Source of the DNA: the human T2T-CHM13v2.0 reference genome, Homo sapiens
Assembly: GCF_009914755.1 (NCBI RefSeq)
Contig: NC_060931.1
Strand: one strand, 5' to 3'
Length of the DNA: 64,000 bases
How positions within the stretch are numbered: the first letter of the stretch is position 1; every line of letters starts with the position of its first letter. The notes below the pieces were generated by a model. That model saw only the letters and a program-made list of their open reading frames with translations, searched no databases and was not told where the DNA came from. Position numbers and translations under genes: made by a program. This document shows positions 26,549 through 43,702 of the stretch, in pieces.

Positions 26549-28599
26549 TCAACTCCAATCGGCCTCTATCATTGCAAACAGTTGGCTGAGCCTTTTCTTA
26601 ATGTCCAGTTCATTTGGAGCAGGACAGGATTTTGTGTGTACTCTGATGTGCTCCGCAAGCTTAGACTTGTAAATGAAGCCCTTCCCACAATCGCCACAGG
26701 CAAAGGGCCTCTCGGGCCTGTGGATGCGCTGGTGCCTCAGCATGTGTCCCCTTTCCCGGAAGTTCTTGTCACACTCAGGGCAGTGAAAAGGCCTCTCCCC
26801 TGTGTGCAGGCCCTGATGGCTGAGCAGCTGCGCCTTCAGGCGGAAACTCTTGTCACACTTGGGACACTGAAAAGGCTTCTCTCCCGTGTGCGTTCTGATG
26901 TGCTCGATGAGCTTTGAGTGTTTCACAAAGCCCTTGCCGCACTCACAGGAGAAAGGCATCTCCCCGCTGTGCAGCAGCTGGTGGGCCTTCATGTCGGCCT
27001 TCACGCGATAGCGCTTGTCGCACTCCGGACACTGGAAGGGCCTCTCTCCCGTGTGCAGGCGCTGATGGCTGAGCAGCTGCCCCTTCAGGCGGAAGCTCCT
27101 GTTGCACTCTGGGCACTGGAAGGGTCTCTCCCCGCTGTGCACGCGCAAGTGCTCCGTGAGCTTGGATTGTCTGGTGAAGCCCTTGCCACACTCCCCGCAC
27201 GAGAACGGCCTCTCCTTGCTGTGCGTGTGCTGGTGGGCCTTCAGGATGCCCTTCAGGCGGAAGCGCTTGTCGCACTTCAGGCACTGGAAGGGCCTCTCCC
27301 CGCTGTGCACTCTCAGGTGCTCACGGAGCTTGCACTGGTGGGTGAAGCCTCTGCCACACTCGCTACAGGAGAACGGCCTCTCCCCACCGTGCCGGAGCCG
27401 GTGGGCTCTCAGCATGCTCTCCAGGCGGAAGCTCAGCCCACACTCTGGGCACTGAAAGGGCTTCTCGTCCGTGTGCAGCCGCTGGTGCCGCAGCAGCTGT
27501 CCCCTCTGACGGAAGTTCCTGCCACACTTGGCACACCGGAAAGGCTTCTCTCCGCTGTGGACTCGAATGTGCTCCGTGAGTTTACACTGCTTGGCGAAGC
27601 CCTTGCCACACTTCCTGCAGGAGAACGGTCTCTCCCCACCGTGCGCGTGCTGGTGGACCTGCAGCAGGCGGCGCAGGCGGAAGCGCTTGGTGCAATGCGC
27701 ACACTGGAAGGGCTTTTCTCCAGTATGCGCCCTGCAGGGGCTGGCGAGCCTGGCGCTCATAGGGGAGCGCTCGCCACACTCCGAGCAGGAGCAGGGCCCC
27801 TCTGCGCCATGCTGCAGCGCCTCCGTGTCCCCTTCCTGGTGGCTGTTCCCCTCCTGGGGCAGGCGCGAGCCTGGTTTCTGTCCCGAGTGCACACTGCTGG
27901 AGGCCCCGCGGCCTTCTCTCCAAGAGGCCGGCCCCTCCCGGCTGTGCTGGCACCGGCGAGCCTGCGTGCTGTCCACTGGGAGGGAGCGCTTGCCGCATGG
28001 GGTGCACTGGGCAGGCTTCTCCCCCTGCTGCGGGAGGCGGTGGCTGGGATGGGTCAGCTCGTGTCGGAAGCACATTTCACCGTCAGCGTTCCGGAAGGGG
28101 CCCCTCCCCGTGTGGGCCGCCAGATGGCGCAGCAGACACAGCTTCCGGCGGAAGCTCTTACCGCACACGCCACACCGGAAGTGCCTCTGTACCCGAGGGC
28201 TGCTCCACGGCATCTGCGTCTCCGCCCTCTTGTTGAATTTCTCCCAGGCCCTACGTGTCCGGTCCTTTGAGTGGCCTCTCTGGTGCATTACTAAATGGTT
28301 GTTCTCCCAACAGCTTTCCCCGCAGACAGGCCAAGGGTGCTGGGTGCTCTCCCAGGCGGGGACGTCCCACAAACCAGGAAGATCCAGATTTCTGGGACCT
28401 GGGATTCCTTCTTTTAGGGTAGATTCACTGGGGCCGCAGGCTAGTGGTGGAGGAGCCCTGGCGTCGTGTCTCTGTGGGCTCCCGAGGGTGATGCCTTGGT
28501 CAGGCCTGAAGGAAACAAAGGATCCAAAGGAACACTGGCTTTCAGGATCTAATTGGAAATGGCTTTTAGTTTTTCCTGAATTCATAGCCTGCTGGCTTC
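26549..28599 (-). CDS. ZNF786: ZNF786 exon 4 (coding part): linker, degenerate fingers, then a C2H2 array
   Basis: Acceptor TTGCAG|GA at 28600/28599, in phase with exon 3. One isolated intact finger, about six eroded finger-length units, then 13 tandem fingers (one with atypical C-x-C spacing) with TGEKP-like linkers. Stop TGA ends at 26549. Confidence 0.96.
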
Positions 28600-28829
28600 C
28601 TGCAATTGAAAACAAAAATTCAGTCGGTATTCCTGTCTGCAGCACTACTAGCGATTCTCACAGTCAAGTGACCCACAAGAGTGCCTTGTGGTGGCCTGGG
28701 AACCCAGCTTCCACTGAGCTACCCAACCATGCAGTGTGATCTGTCTCATGGCCGTGAGTTTGGTGAGTCTGCTGAAACTAAACTGAACAGACATATCTTT
28801 GGATAATATTGAAAAAAGGAAAATATAGG

Positions 28830-29060
28830 TCGCAAATATAGAGTGTAAGCTCTGGAATCAGTCTGCCTAGTTTTGAATCCTATCTGTCCACTGTGTAACC
28901 TTTGTCAAGCTAATCTCTTTTGACTTCAGCTCCTTCTGTAAAAACATGGAAACAAAAGTACATAAGATTACTGTGAGAATTAAATGAGCTAATGTGCATG
29001 AGGTGCTTAGCATGGTGCCTGGCATAGTGCATGTACTCTGTTTAAGTGTTGGCTGTTCTC
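28830..29060 (+). mobile_element. MIR
   Basis: CTCTGGAATCAG..TGCCT...TTTGAATCC...TGTGAGAATTAAATGAGCTAATG...GCTTAGCATGGTGCCTGGCATA core. Confidence 0.7.
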
Positions 29061-29754
29061 ATGACTTCAGGAAAGCCAGTGTATCGCATTCTGATGTACA
29101 GACACACCTGGAGTCCCGAGCTGGAGCCCTGACCAATACCACAGTTATACGTGATCCTTGAGCCATCCTGTCTCTAAGACCTGGCAGCAAGGCTTGGGCC
29201 TATTCCTCCCTCCCTGCCCCCATTTCTGCCAATGTTTCAAGAAGGTTTCTTGGAATAATTAATAGATGGTAGAAAGTTAAGTAATTTGTGGGGGAAAAAC
29301 CTTCACTTTCGAAAGAAGCACCTAAAAACAAAAACTATTTGACAAGATTTCTTGAAATGATGCTCCTGTTTGACTTTTTCATTCTGTACTTTAAGAATCC
29401 AAAAATCTCAGACTCTCTCCTCATGACAAGAAATGAAAGAGAGGAGCTCAGGTTGAAGTATTCAAGTAGACAACAGTCTCTAGTTAGGAAGGAAGCCACG
29501 TTAGTCATGAAGATCTGGATAACCATGGGCCAGGCATGGTGGCTCACACCTATAATCCCAACACTTTGGGAGGCTGAGGTGGGAGGACTGCTTGAGGCCA
29601 GGACTGCTGGAAGCCAGGAGTTCAAGACTGCAGTGAGCTATGATCATGCTACTGTGCTCCAGCCTGGGTGACAGAGCAAGATCCTGTGTCTTAAAAACCA
29701 AACAAACTGGATAACCAGTTTCTACTGAGTTCTTACTATATAAACTGTCTCTCA

Positions 29755-29843
29755 ATATATATACACATATATATGTATACATATATACACATATATTTAT
29801 GTATACATTTATATACATATGTATATACACGTGTGTGTGTATA

Positions 29844-29921
<78 letters not shown>
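29755..29921. repeat. Compound (TA)n/(TG)n microsatellite at an Alu tail in ZNF786 intron 3
   Basis: Long (TG)n run directly followed by a long (TA)n run. Confidence 0.9.
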
Positions 29922-29924
<3 letters not shown>

Positions 29925-30110
29925 TTTTTTTTGAGACTGAGACTTGCTCCATCGCCCAGGCTGGAGTGCAGTTGCATAATCTCAGCTCATTCACTGCAAG
30001 CTCTGCCTCCCAGGTTCAAGCAATTCTTCTCCCTCAGCCTCCTGAGTAGCTGGGATTACAGGCACCTGCCACCATGCCCGGCTAATTTTTTTGTATTTTT
30101 AGTAGAGTAA

Positions 30111-30275
<165 letters not shown>

Positions 30276-30513
30276 TAGATCAGGCATTGAAATACCAAAA
30301 GGTTCAATAACTTGCCCAAGGTCACCAAGAAAAAGCAAGATCCAGACACAGACTCTAGAACCCACATTCCTAACCATTATGCTTTACTGCCTTTATCTAG
30401 AAGATAAGAGTCTTCAAACCTCAGCTTGCCCAAACAGGATGACAAGATCAGAGAAGAGAAACAAATCTGAACATGATGTCTCAAGGTCGGGGCCCTGATT
30501 TCTTAATACTCAC

Positions 30514-30666
30514 CCCAAAACAGCTGTTCCTCAAAACCTGGATCAAAATGCATATCAACAGAGGAGCAAATTATGTTTCCTGATTTCTGTGATTCTCTCC
30601 ATTTCCTGAAGGGCTCTCCCCCGTGTTCAATCCAGGATATTAGTTCTGGTTTTGGAAGTCCATCAT
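30514..30666 (-). CDS. ZNF786: ZNF786 exon 3 (KRAB-B plus linker), 153 nt
   Basis: TGTGCAG|AT acceptor and G|GTGAGT donor; encodes DDGLPKPELISWIEHGGEPFRKWRESQKSGNIICSSVDMHFDPGFEEQLFW. Confidence 0.93.
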
Positions 30667-31779
30667 CTGCACAGAGAAGTCAGACAGGGTAGTTTGGCTT
30701 CCTGAATTTAAAGCACACTAAGTTTCTAAATTTCTCAACATTCACTCCTGGGACAAAGTATGAGAACAACATGTCAAAAAAAAAAAAACAGGTTTACACA
30801 AAGATGAAAAAACCGCCTACACATCCTAACAATGCCTCCTAGTCTGTCTGGGCATGTTAGATCAGGTATGTTGTTTTAATTTTGTCATGTTCCCCACACA
30901 TTTAGCAATGCTGTATTTTGTCCAAAAACAAAATGGCTAATGCTATATATATATATATATTTTTAAAATTAATTATTTATTTTTTGAGATGGGTTCTCAC
31001 TCCAGCTGCCAAGGCTGGAGTGCAGTGGTGCAATCATGGCTCACTGTAGCCTCGGCTTCCTGGGCTCAGGTAATTCTTCAACCTCAGCCTGGGACTACAG
31101 GCAACGCACCACCAGGCCAAGCTAATTTTCGCATTTTTAGTGGAGACGGGTTTCACCGTGTTGCCCAGGCTGGTTTCAAATTCCTGTGCTCAAGCAGTCT
31201 GCCTGCCTTGGCCTCCCAAAGTGCTGGGATTACAGGCATAAACCACTGCGCCCAGCCTTCAATATTCTTAATAGTGATTTATTAACAGCCAGATCATAGG
31301 GTCCAATTTTAAAGCAAGTTGGTTATGGCAAAAATGCGGTCAAAAAGGAGTTTTTAAAACAATGCTTTAAGTTATTATTACTATTGTTTTAGATAGGGTC
31401 TCACTCTGTCTCTCAGGCTGGAATGCAGTGGCATGATCACAGCTTACTGCAGCCTCAACCTCCTGGGCTCCAGTGATCTGCCCACCTCAGCCTCCTGAGT
31501 AGCTGGGACTACAGGCAAGAGCTACCACACTGGCTAATTTTTTTTATTAGTTTCTGAAATGGGGTCTCACTATGTTGCCCAGGCTAACCTCAAACTCCTG
31601 GACTCAAGTAGTCTTACCCCACCCTGGAGTCTCAAAGTGCTGCGATTACAGGCATGAGCCACCGCACCTGGCCAGTGGTTTAACTTATTAGAAATATTTC
31701 TGGCACATGGAGAAGGAGAAAAATATACAAAAACCTGGATGCCATCTAACTTTGTCAAATCCTACTGTGCTGACACACT

Positions 31780-31817
<38 letters not shown>

Positions 31818-32145
31818 ATAGGGTCTCACTGTGTCTCCCAGGCTGAAGTGCAGTGGTGCAATCATAGCTCATTGCAGCCTCAACCTCTCAACCTCCTGGG
31901 CTCAAGTAATCCTCCCACCTCAGCCTCCTGACAGCTGGGACTACAGGCGGGAGCCACCATGCTCAGCTAATTTTTAAATTTTTTGTAGAGAGAGGGTCTC
32001 CCTAGTTTGTCCAGGCTGGTCTCAAACTTCTCAGCCCAAGATATCCTCCTACCTCAGCCTCCGAAAGTGCTGGGATTATAGGGATGAGCCACCATGCCCA
32101 GTCTACTTCAGGTTTTTTGAAGATATGAGACATTACACAGTTTAA

Positions 32146-33107
<962 letters not shown>

Positions 33108-33548
33108 TCAACTTTACTGTATGTTACCAAATTGCTCTCCAAAGTGGCTATGCTGATTGACAATAGAGTAGGAATGTTCACTTTGCTTCACATCTTGACA
33201 ACACACGATGCTATCAGATGTTTTACTATCTCTAACATAGTACCACATAATAAGTCTTGCTATCTGATAAGACAATCAGTCACGTTCCATCTTGTTCCAT
33301 AAGACTGTCTTCATTATTCTTGTCTTGGTTCTCCCATGTTCTTTAGGATCAGCTTATCAAATTCCGCAGAAAGCTCTATTGGGATTCTGACTGGACTTGC
33401 TTTGAATCTATAGATTCATTTGGGGAGAGAATTGACAGAAGGCAGAAAGATCCATGTAACTGACTATTAGATTAAGAAGAAGGGTGGCCAGGCGTGGTGA
33501 CTCACGCCTGTAATCCCAGCACTTTGGGAGGCCAAGGCGGGTGGATCA

Positions 33549-33871
<323 letters not shown>

Positions 33872-34024
33872 TCACTTGACCTCAAGAATTCGAGACCAGC
33901 CTGGGCAACATGATGATGATGATGGATAATCACAAGGATATGATGAAAGCATGAGAAACAGTTGTGGCCCAACAGCGAAACAAATTAAAATGTAGCATAA
34001 TTTTGTCTTTTTTTTTTTTTTTGA

Positions 34025-34327
<303 letters not shown>

Positions 34328-35329
34328 TGATAAGAATGAAAAAAAGAGAATCCATTTGATCTTGATGCTTGGAACATTCTTATTAGGCTGGCACAGGGTT
34401 AATGGCATAGAATTATATTTTTGCCTCTATAGATTCATTTACTGTAACTGATTCTTCAGTAACAATGAAAATAATGTAATGTTTTCAGTTATATGTTTTA
34501 GAAACAATCCATACATACAGCCTGCAAAAGTTAACTATGGTAGGCCAGGCACGGTGGCTCATGCCTGTAATCCCAGCACTTTGGGAGACCAAGGTGGGTG
34601 AATCACCTGAGGTCGGGAGTTTGAGACCAGCCTGACCAACATGGAGAAACCCCGTCTCTACTAAAAATATAAAATTAGCAGGGCGTGGTGGCGCATGCCT
34701 GTAATCTCAGCTACTCAGGAGGCTGAGGCAGGAGAATTGCTTGAACCCAGGAGGCGGAGGCTGCGGTGAGCCGACATGGTGCCATTGCACTCCAGCCTGG
34801 GCAACAAGAGTGAAACTCCGTCTCAAAAAAAAAAAAGTTAACTATGGTAACAGAACAGAATATAAATATTAGAAACTTTGCAATATAAAGGAAGTGGTAT
34901 GGCTGTTGTCAACTGGCAGAAGAGATGAAGAGAAATACTAGAGAACTAATTATCTTTATATACTGAATGAGTCAGATGAAAATGATGGAATACAATCTAG
35001 AATCTTAAACATATTATTTTAAATTATAAAGCTGACCAACAGAGGCACAAAAACTATCAAAAACTGGGGAGAAGATGATAGAAGAGGGATTGTATAAGTG
35101 AACTAATGCCTAATTTTTCATAGTAATTAATTCTGTCTAAACTCGATAAATCAAGTTATTGGAAGCGTATTTAGATTGGAGGAAGCCACTTTAAAAACTA
35201 AAACAAAAATGGTTAAAAGTGGTTGCCCTCACGTGGTTAACTGAATGTGGAGATAAGAATGAAACGGGCTGGGCGTGGTGGCTCACGCCTGTAATCCCAG
35301 CACTTCGGGAGGCTGAGGAGGGCGGATCA

Positions 35330-35616
<287 letters not shown>

Positions 35617-35636
35617 TTAAAAATGATATTTGATAA

Positions 35637-35834
<198 letters not shown>

Positions 35835-36730
35835 TGAGTAGCTGGGACTACAGGCGCCCGCTACCACGCCCAGCTAATTTTTGTATTTTTAGTAGAGACG
35901 GGGTTTCACCATGTTGGCCAGGATGTTCTTGATCTCTTGACCTCGTGATCCACCTGCCTCGGCCTCCCAAAGTCCTGGGATTACAGGCGTGAGCCACCGC
36001 GCCCAGCAGACAGCTACTCTTAAAACACTTCAGGCCAGGCGTAGTGGCTCACGCCTGTAATCCAGCACTTTGGGAGGCCGAGGTGGGTGGATCACGAGGT
36101 CAGGAGATTAAGACCATCCTGTCCAACATGGTGAAACCCTGTCTCTACTAAAAATACAAAAATTAGCCGGGCATGGCAGCACGCACCTGTAGTCCCAGTT
36201 ACTCGGTAGGCTGAGGCAGGAGAACTGCTTGAACCCGGAAGGCAGAGGTTACAGTCAGCCAAGACTCCAGCCTGGGCGACAGAGTGAGACTATGTCTCAA
36301 AAAAACAAACACTTCATTGTACACCCTTCCAAAATAGCTTTTCTGAAGTATTTAGACCCCACTGTAAAAGCTGTGAGGTGGGGACATCCTAGGTTAAAGA
36401 TATACAGAGCACTTCATGAATGTGCGCTAGGTGTGCTCCTATGTGGACAATCATGGCATCCTGATAGTCATGACTAAAGGCCCCTCATAAATAATATTTA
36501 GTCACCCGGACCACCTTACATTGTTCAAATATTCTCATGTAACAATGTCTACCCTTGAGTAAAGATTAACAATGTTGACAAAAGTATTAACAATAGATTG
36601 CAGGGTAAAAATACCCTTCTGAGTTAATTTCTGAGAAATCTTGCTACCTGAGAAACAGGAGCATCAAGTGACTGTGACCCCTTACAGGATCCAGTTCCAT
36701 GACCTACCCACAAAGGTGAACAGGTCTTAC

Positions 36731-36857
36731 CTAGAGAGACGAGAGTCTCATAATTGCTTCTCATCACATGCTTGTAAAGTTCCTTCTGCCATGCCTCTAG
36801 ATCCTGCCATTCTTGCTCGGAGAAATAAATAGCAACATCCTCAAAAGTCAGAGGTAG
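36731..36857 (-). CDS. ZNF786: ZNF786 exon 2 (KRAB-A), 127 nt
   Basis: TTTCAG|CTA acceptor and G|GTAAGA donor; encodes [42 protein letters not shown]. Confidence 0.96.
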
Positions 36858-37380
36858 CTGAAATTGTAGACATAAGACATATGCATTCATGGTTGCTTCA
36901 AAATGACTCCAGCTCCTTCTCCTTGTTAATTTAAAAGACTTCTGCAGTGGACAAATGTTTTTGGTTGTTCAGCAGCTTCTTCCTGGAGAACTACTCCTTC
37001 CTCTACTCCAATTACATCGTTCTGCTGTTAACCACTACATCCCCCGCTCCACGTTTCATTATGCTTGTTCAAAGTATATATACACATGTAGAGTATGGAA
37101 TTTTTTTCTTTACAAAATGGGAACAAGTCACTTTGTAACTTCATTCACTTAATATGTCACAGACTTCTTTCCAGGTCAATAATATATATTGAGGCAAATT
37201 CATTTTTTTGGTAAAGTCGCACTATATTCCATGAGTAGAAGATATACCCCACTGATGGGACATATAGTTTGTTTCCCTTATAAATTACAGTATTCAGCCA
37301 GGCGCAGTGGGTCATGCCTGTAATCCCAGCACTTTGGGAGGCTGAGGCGGGCAGATCACGAGGTCAGGAGTTCGAGATCA

Positions 37381-37620
<240 letters not shown>

Positions 37621-37875
37621 CTAGGTATTAGTGCTTTTACTTCTTCAGGATAAAGTATAAAAGGGGAAATACTAAATCAAAGAGAAAACACATCTTCAGT
37701 TTTAATAGATAACATCAGATTGCCTTCCAAAAAGAATGCAGCACATTTACCCTTGCTATTAACATGAGACTTCTTGTTTCTTTACACCTTTGCCAGCACA
37801 AGATGTTCTCAAACCTTATTTTTTGCCAATGTGGGGCGGCAAGTTGTATTTCAGTATTTTAATTTACATTATAAG

Positions 37876-38178
37876 GCTGGAAGTCCTAGCCACAGCAATC
37901 AAGCAAGAGAAAGAAATAAAGGGTATCCAAATTGGAAAACTATCTCTGTTTGCCAATGATATGATCCTCCACCTAGAAAATCCTAGAGACTCCTCCAAAA
38001 GACTCCTCCAAAAGACTCCTAGATTTGACAAATGAATTCAACAAAGTCTCAGGTAACAAAATTAATGTATATAAATCAGCAGCACTGCTATACACCAACA
38101 GCGACCAAGCTGAGAAATCAAGAACTCAGTACCTTTTACAATGGCTGGAAAAAACAATAAAATGCCTAGGCATTCGCT
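37876..38178 (+). mobile_element. L1 ORF2 (RT) fragment, L1PB-like
   Basis: [21 protein letters not shown]...[21 protein letters not shown]...[13 protein letters not shown]...KCLGI. Confidence 0.85.
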
Positions 38179-38430
38179 TGACATGGTTTGGCTCTGTGTC
38201 CCCACCCAAATCTGTTGAATTGTAATCCCCAGGGTTGGGGGAGGGGCCTGGTGGGAGGCAACTGAATCATGGGGGCGGACTTCCTCCTTGCTGTTCTCAT
38301 GATAGCGAGTTTTCACAAGATCTGGTTGTTTAAAAGTGTGTAGCACTTGCCCCTTCGCTGTCTCTCCTGCTCCAGCCATGAGAAGACCGTGTGATTGTAA
38401 GTCTTCTGAGGCCTCCCCAGAAGCAGAAGA
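38179..38430 (+). mobile_element. MaLR LTR (MSTA/THE1-like), partial
   Basis: TGACATGGTTTGGCTCTGTGTCCCCACCCAAATC...GAGGCCTCCCCAGAAGCAGAAG. Confidence 0.75.
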
Positions 38431-38724
38431 CTAAGAGTTACTAGCAATTGGTTTTGAATTTTACTGCTTTTCTAAAAACTGCATTAGAAAAAATGCAGTG
38501 TATGCAAATGTTCAGTATTGTTTAATATTTGTGTTTATTACAGTTGACTTAGATAAATGGATACTTCCTGAGGCTCACAACTAGGAGTATGTAAATTATA
38601 TATTTGTTAATTTAAAACACTCTAATTACATAAGCATACATCCCACCTTTTATTGAACTGCCATTATTATTGCCATATGTCCTCAATTTTTATGGGTATT
38701 AAAGTTTATCTTGTTCCAACTTAA

Positions 38725-39347
<623 letters not shown>

Positions 39348-39679
39348 TAAATTTTTTTTTCTTTTTTTTTGAGACGGAGTTTTGCTGTTTTGCCCAGGCT
39401 GGAGTAAAGTGGCACGATCTCAGCTCACTGCAACCTCCACCCACCAGGGTTCAAGCAGCTCTCCTACCTCAGCCTCCCAAGTAGCTGGGATTATAGGCGC
39501 CGGCCACCACCCCTAGCTAATTTTTGTATCTTTAGTAGAGACAGGGTTTTGGCACATTAGCCAGGCTGGTCTCGAACTTCTGACCTCAGGTGATCCACCC
39601 GCCTCGGCCTCCCAGTGCTAGGATTACAGGCGTGATCCACCGCGCCCGGCCAAAGTTTATTTTTATTTATTTATTTGTT

Positions 39680-42248
39680 TATTTTAAATGTTAGTTTCAG
39701 GCGTACATGTGCAAGTTTGCTATACAGGTAAATTGCATGTTGTGGGGGTTGGTGTGCAGACTGTTTCATCACCCAGGTAATAAGCATAGTACCCGATAAG
39801 GAATTTTTCAGTCCTCATTCTCCTCCCAGCCTCCACCTTCAAGTAGGCCCCAATGTCTGTTATTCATTCCCTGCTTCGTATCCATATATACTCAGTGTTT
39901 AGCTCGCCCTTATAAGTGAGAACGGCACTTTGTTTTCTACTCCTGTGTTATCTCACTTAAGACAATGGCCTCCAGCTCCATCCATCTTTCTGCAAAGGAT
40001 ATGATTTTCTTTATGGCTGCATAGTATTCCATAGTGCATATGTACATTTTCTTTATCCAGTCTGCCATTGATGGGCATTTAGGTTGATTCCACATCTTTG
40101 CTATTGTGAATAGTCCTGCAATGAACATATGCAAACATGTGTCTTTATGCAGAACAATTTATATTCCTTTGGGTATATATTCAATAATGGGATTGTAGGG
40201 TCAAATGGTAATTCTGGCTGGGCGCGGTGGCTCACGCCTGTAATACCAGCACTTTGGGAGGCCGAGGCGGGCAGATCACCTGAGGTCAGGAATTCTAGAC
40301 CAGCCTGGCCAACATGGAGAAACCCCATCTCTACTAAAAATACAAAAAATTAGCTGGGCGTGGTGGCACGCGCTTGTAATCCCAGCTACTCAGGAGGCTA
40401 AAGCAGGAGAATTGCTTGAACCCAGGAGGCAGAGGTTCCAGTGAGCTGAGATGGCACCAGCCTGGACAACAGAGCAAAACTGCATCCCAAAAAAAAAAAA
40501 AAAAAAAAAAGTTAATTTTGCTTTGAGTTCTTTGAGAAATCACCAAACTGCTTTCCACAACGGCTGAACTAATTTACATTCCCACCAGCAGTGTATATGT
40601 GTTCTCTTTTCTCTGTAACCTTGTTTTTAACTTTTTAATAGCCATTCTGACTGATACGGTTTTGATTTGCATTTCTCAAATGATTAGTGATGCTGAGCAT
40701 TTCTTCATAAGCTTGTTGGCCATGTATATGTATGTCTTCTTTTGAGAAGTGTCTGTTCATGTCCTTTGCCCATTTTTTAATGCAGTTGTTTTTTGCTTGT
40801 AAATTTAAGTTCCCCATAGCTTCTGGATATTAGACCTTTGTCAGTTGCATAGTTTGCAAATATCCCATTCTGTAGGGTGTCTGTTTACTCTGCTGATAGC
40901 TTCTTTTGCTGCATAGAAGCTCCTTAGTTTAATTAGGTCCCATGTGTCAATTTTTGTTTTTGTTGCAGTTGCTTTTGGAGTCTTCATCACGAAATCTTTG
41001 CCAGGGCCTATGTCCAGAATGCTACTTCCTAGGTTATCTTCCAGGGTTTTTATAATTTTAGGTTTTACATTTAAGTCTTTAATCCATGTTGAGTTGATTT
41101 TTGTATATGGTGTAAGGAAGGGGTGCAGTGTCGGTCTTTTGCATATGGCTAGCCAGTTATCCCAGCACCATTTATTAAATAGGGAGTCCTTTTCCCACTG
41201 CTTGTTTTTGTTGACTTTGTAGAAGATCAGATGATTGTAGGTATGTGGCGTTATTTCTGGGCTCTCTATTCTGTTCCATTGGTCTATATGTCTGTTTTCT
41301 TACCAGTACCATGCTGTTTTGGTTACTGTAGCCTTGTATAGTTTGAAGTCAGGTAGTGTGATGTCTCCAGCTTTGTTCATTTTGCCTAGGACTGCCTTGG
41401 CTATTTGGGCTCTTTTTTGGTTACATATGAATTTTAAAATAGTTTTTTCAGCCAGGTACTGGCTCATACCTGTAATCCCAGTAAGTTGGGAGCCCAGGAG
41501 TTTGAGAACAGTCTGGGCCACATAGCTAAACCCCATCTCTACCAAAACAGTAACAAAATGCACAAAAATTAGCAGGGCATGATGGCACATGCCTGTAGTC
41601 CTAGCTACCTGAGAGGCTGAGGTGGGAGAACTGCTTGAGTATGGGGTTTCACCATATTGGCCAGGCTGGTCTCGAACTCCTGGCCTCATGATCTGCCCGC
41701 CTTGGCCTCCTGAAGTGTTGGGATTACAGGCGTGAGCCACCACTCCTGGCAATATAGTTTTTTTCTAATTGTCATTGGTAGTTTGATAGGAATAGCAATG
41801 AATCTGGAAACTGCTTTGGGCAGTATGGCCATTTTAACAATATTGATTCTTCCTATCCATGAGCATTAAATGTTTTTCCCTTTGTGTTATCTCTGGTTTC
41901 TTTGAGTAGTGTTTTGTAATTCTTGTTGTAAAGATCTTTAACCTCCTTGGTTAGCTGTATTCCTCGGCATTTTTGACTAGATGTGAATGGGACTGTATTC
42001 TTGATTTGGCTTTTAGCTTGGATGTTGTTGGTGTATAGGAATGCTACTGATTTTTGTACACTGATTTTTGTATTCTCAGACTTTGCTGAAGTTGTTTTAT
42101 CAGATCAAGGAGCGTTTGGGCACCCTATGGGGTTTTCTACATATAGAATCATACAGTCTGCAAACAGGGATAGTTTGACTTCCTCTATTTCTATTTGGAT
42201 GACTTTTATTTCTTTCTCTTGCCACACTGCTCTGGCTAGGACTTCCCA
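39680..42248 (-). mobile_element. 5'-truncated L1PA/L1PB element (ORF2 3' half and 3' UTR) with Alu insertions
   Basis: Minus-strand peptides [19 protein letters not shown]...WIKKM, IKKWAKDMNRHFSKEDI and [20 protein letters not shown]; T-rich tail near 39655-39690. Confidence 0.88.
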
Positions 42249-42312
42249 TCTTTTTGTTATATTCATTATGAAATTTAGAGTTGAGTTTTAAAAACTCTGA
42301 CTCCTTTAAATT

Positions 42313-43337
<1,025 letters not shown>

Positions 43338-43505
43338 ACACTTAAATCAGAAATTCATTATTTTAACTTTAAGGAAATATAGTCATTTCTGCTATAATCC
43401 TTGTTTTGAAATGTGAATTTGTTCCAACATGATTATTAGGAGACAATATATTACAAAATTTTGCATTTGCTTATGTGCAATTCTGTCTATAAGAAACACT
43501 AGATT

Positions 43506-43702
43506 AGTGGTTCTCAATCAGAACAATTTTGTCCCCTGGCGACATTTTTTATTGTTATAATGTGGGGAAGCGGGGTGGCCTATGGGCATCTAGTGCGTAG
43601 CAGCCAAGAATAGTGATAAACATCCTACGATGCGCAGGACAGCCTGCAAAACAGAAAATTATCCAGCACAGGATGTTAGTAGTGGCAAGGGTGAGAAACT
43701 TT
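43506..43702 (+). mobile_element. MER20 (hAT-Charlie)
   Basis: AGTGGTTCTCAA...GGCATCTAGTG..TAG..GCCA....TAAACATCCTAC.ATGC.CAGGACAGCC...GGTGAGAAAC. Confidence 0.75.

Noticed and set aside
28600-28645. ORF-track N-terminus MLQTGIPTEFLFSIA for the 698-aa ORF
   Set aside because: Intronic polypyrimidine tract upstream of the true acceptor at 28599; the same applies to 61690-61717 for ZNF425.
26396-28739. Long plus-strand ORFs (173, 450, 403 aa) opposite ZNF786
   Set aside because: Antisense shadows of a GC-rich periodic zinc-finger exon; the peptides are repetitive mirror translations with no independent gene signals.
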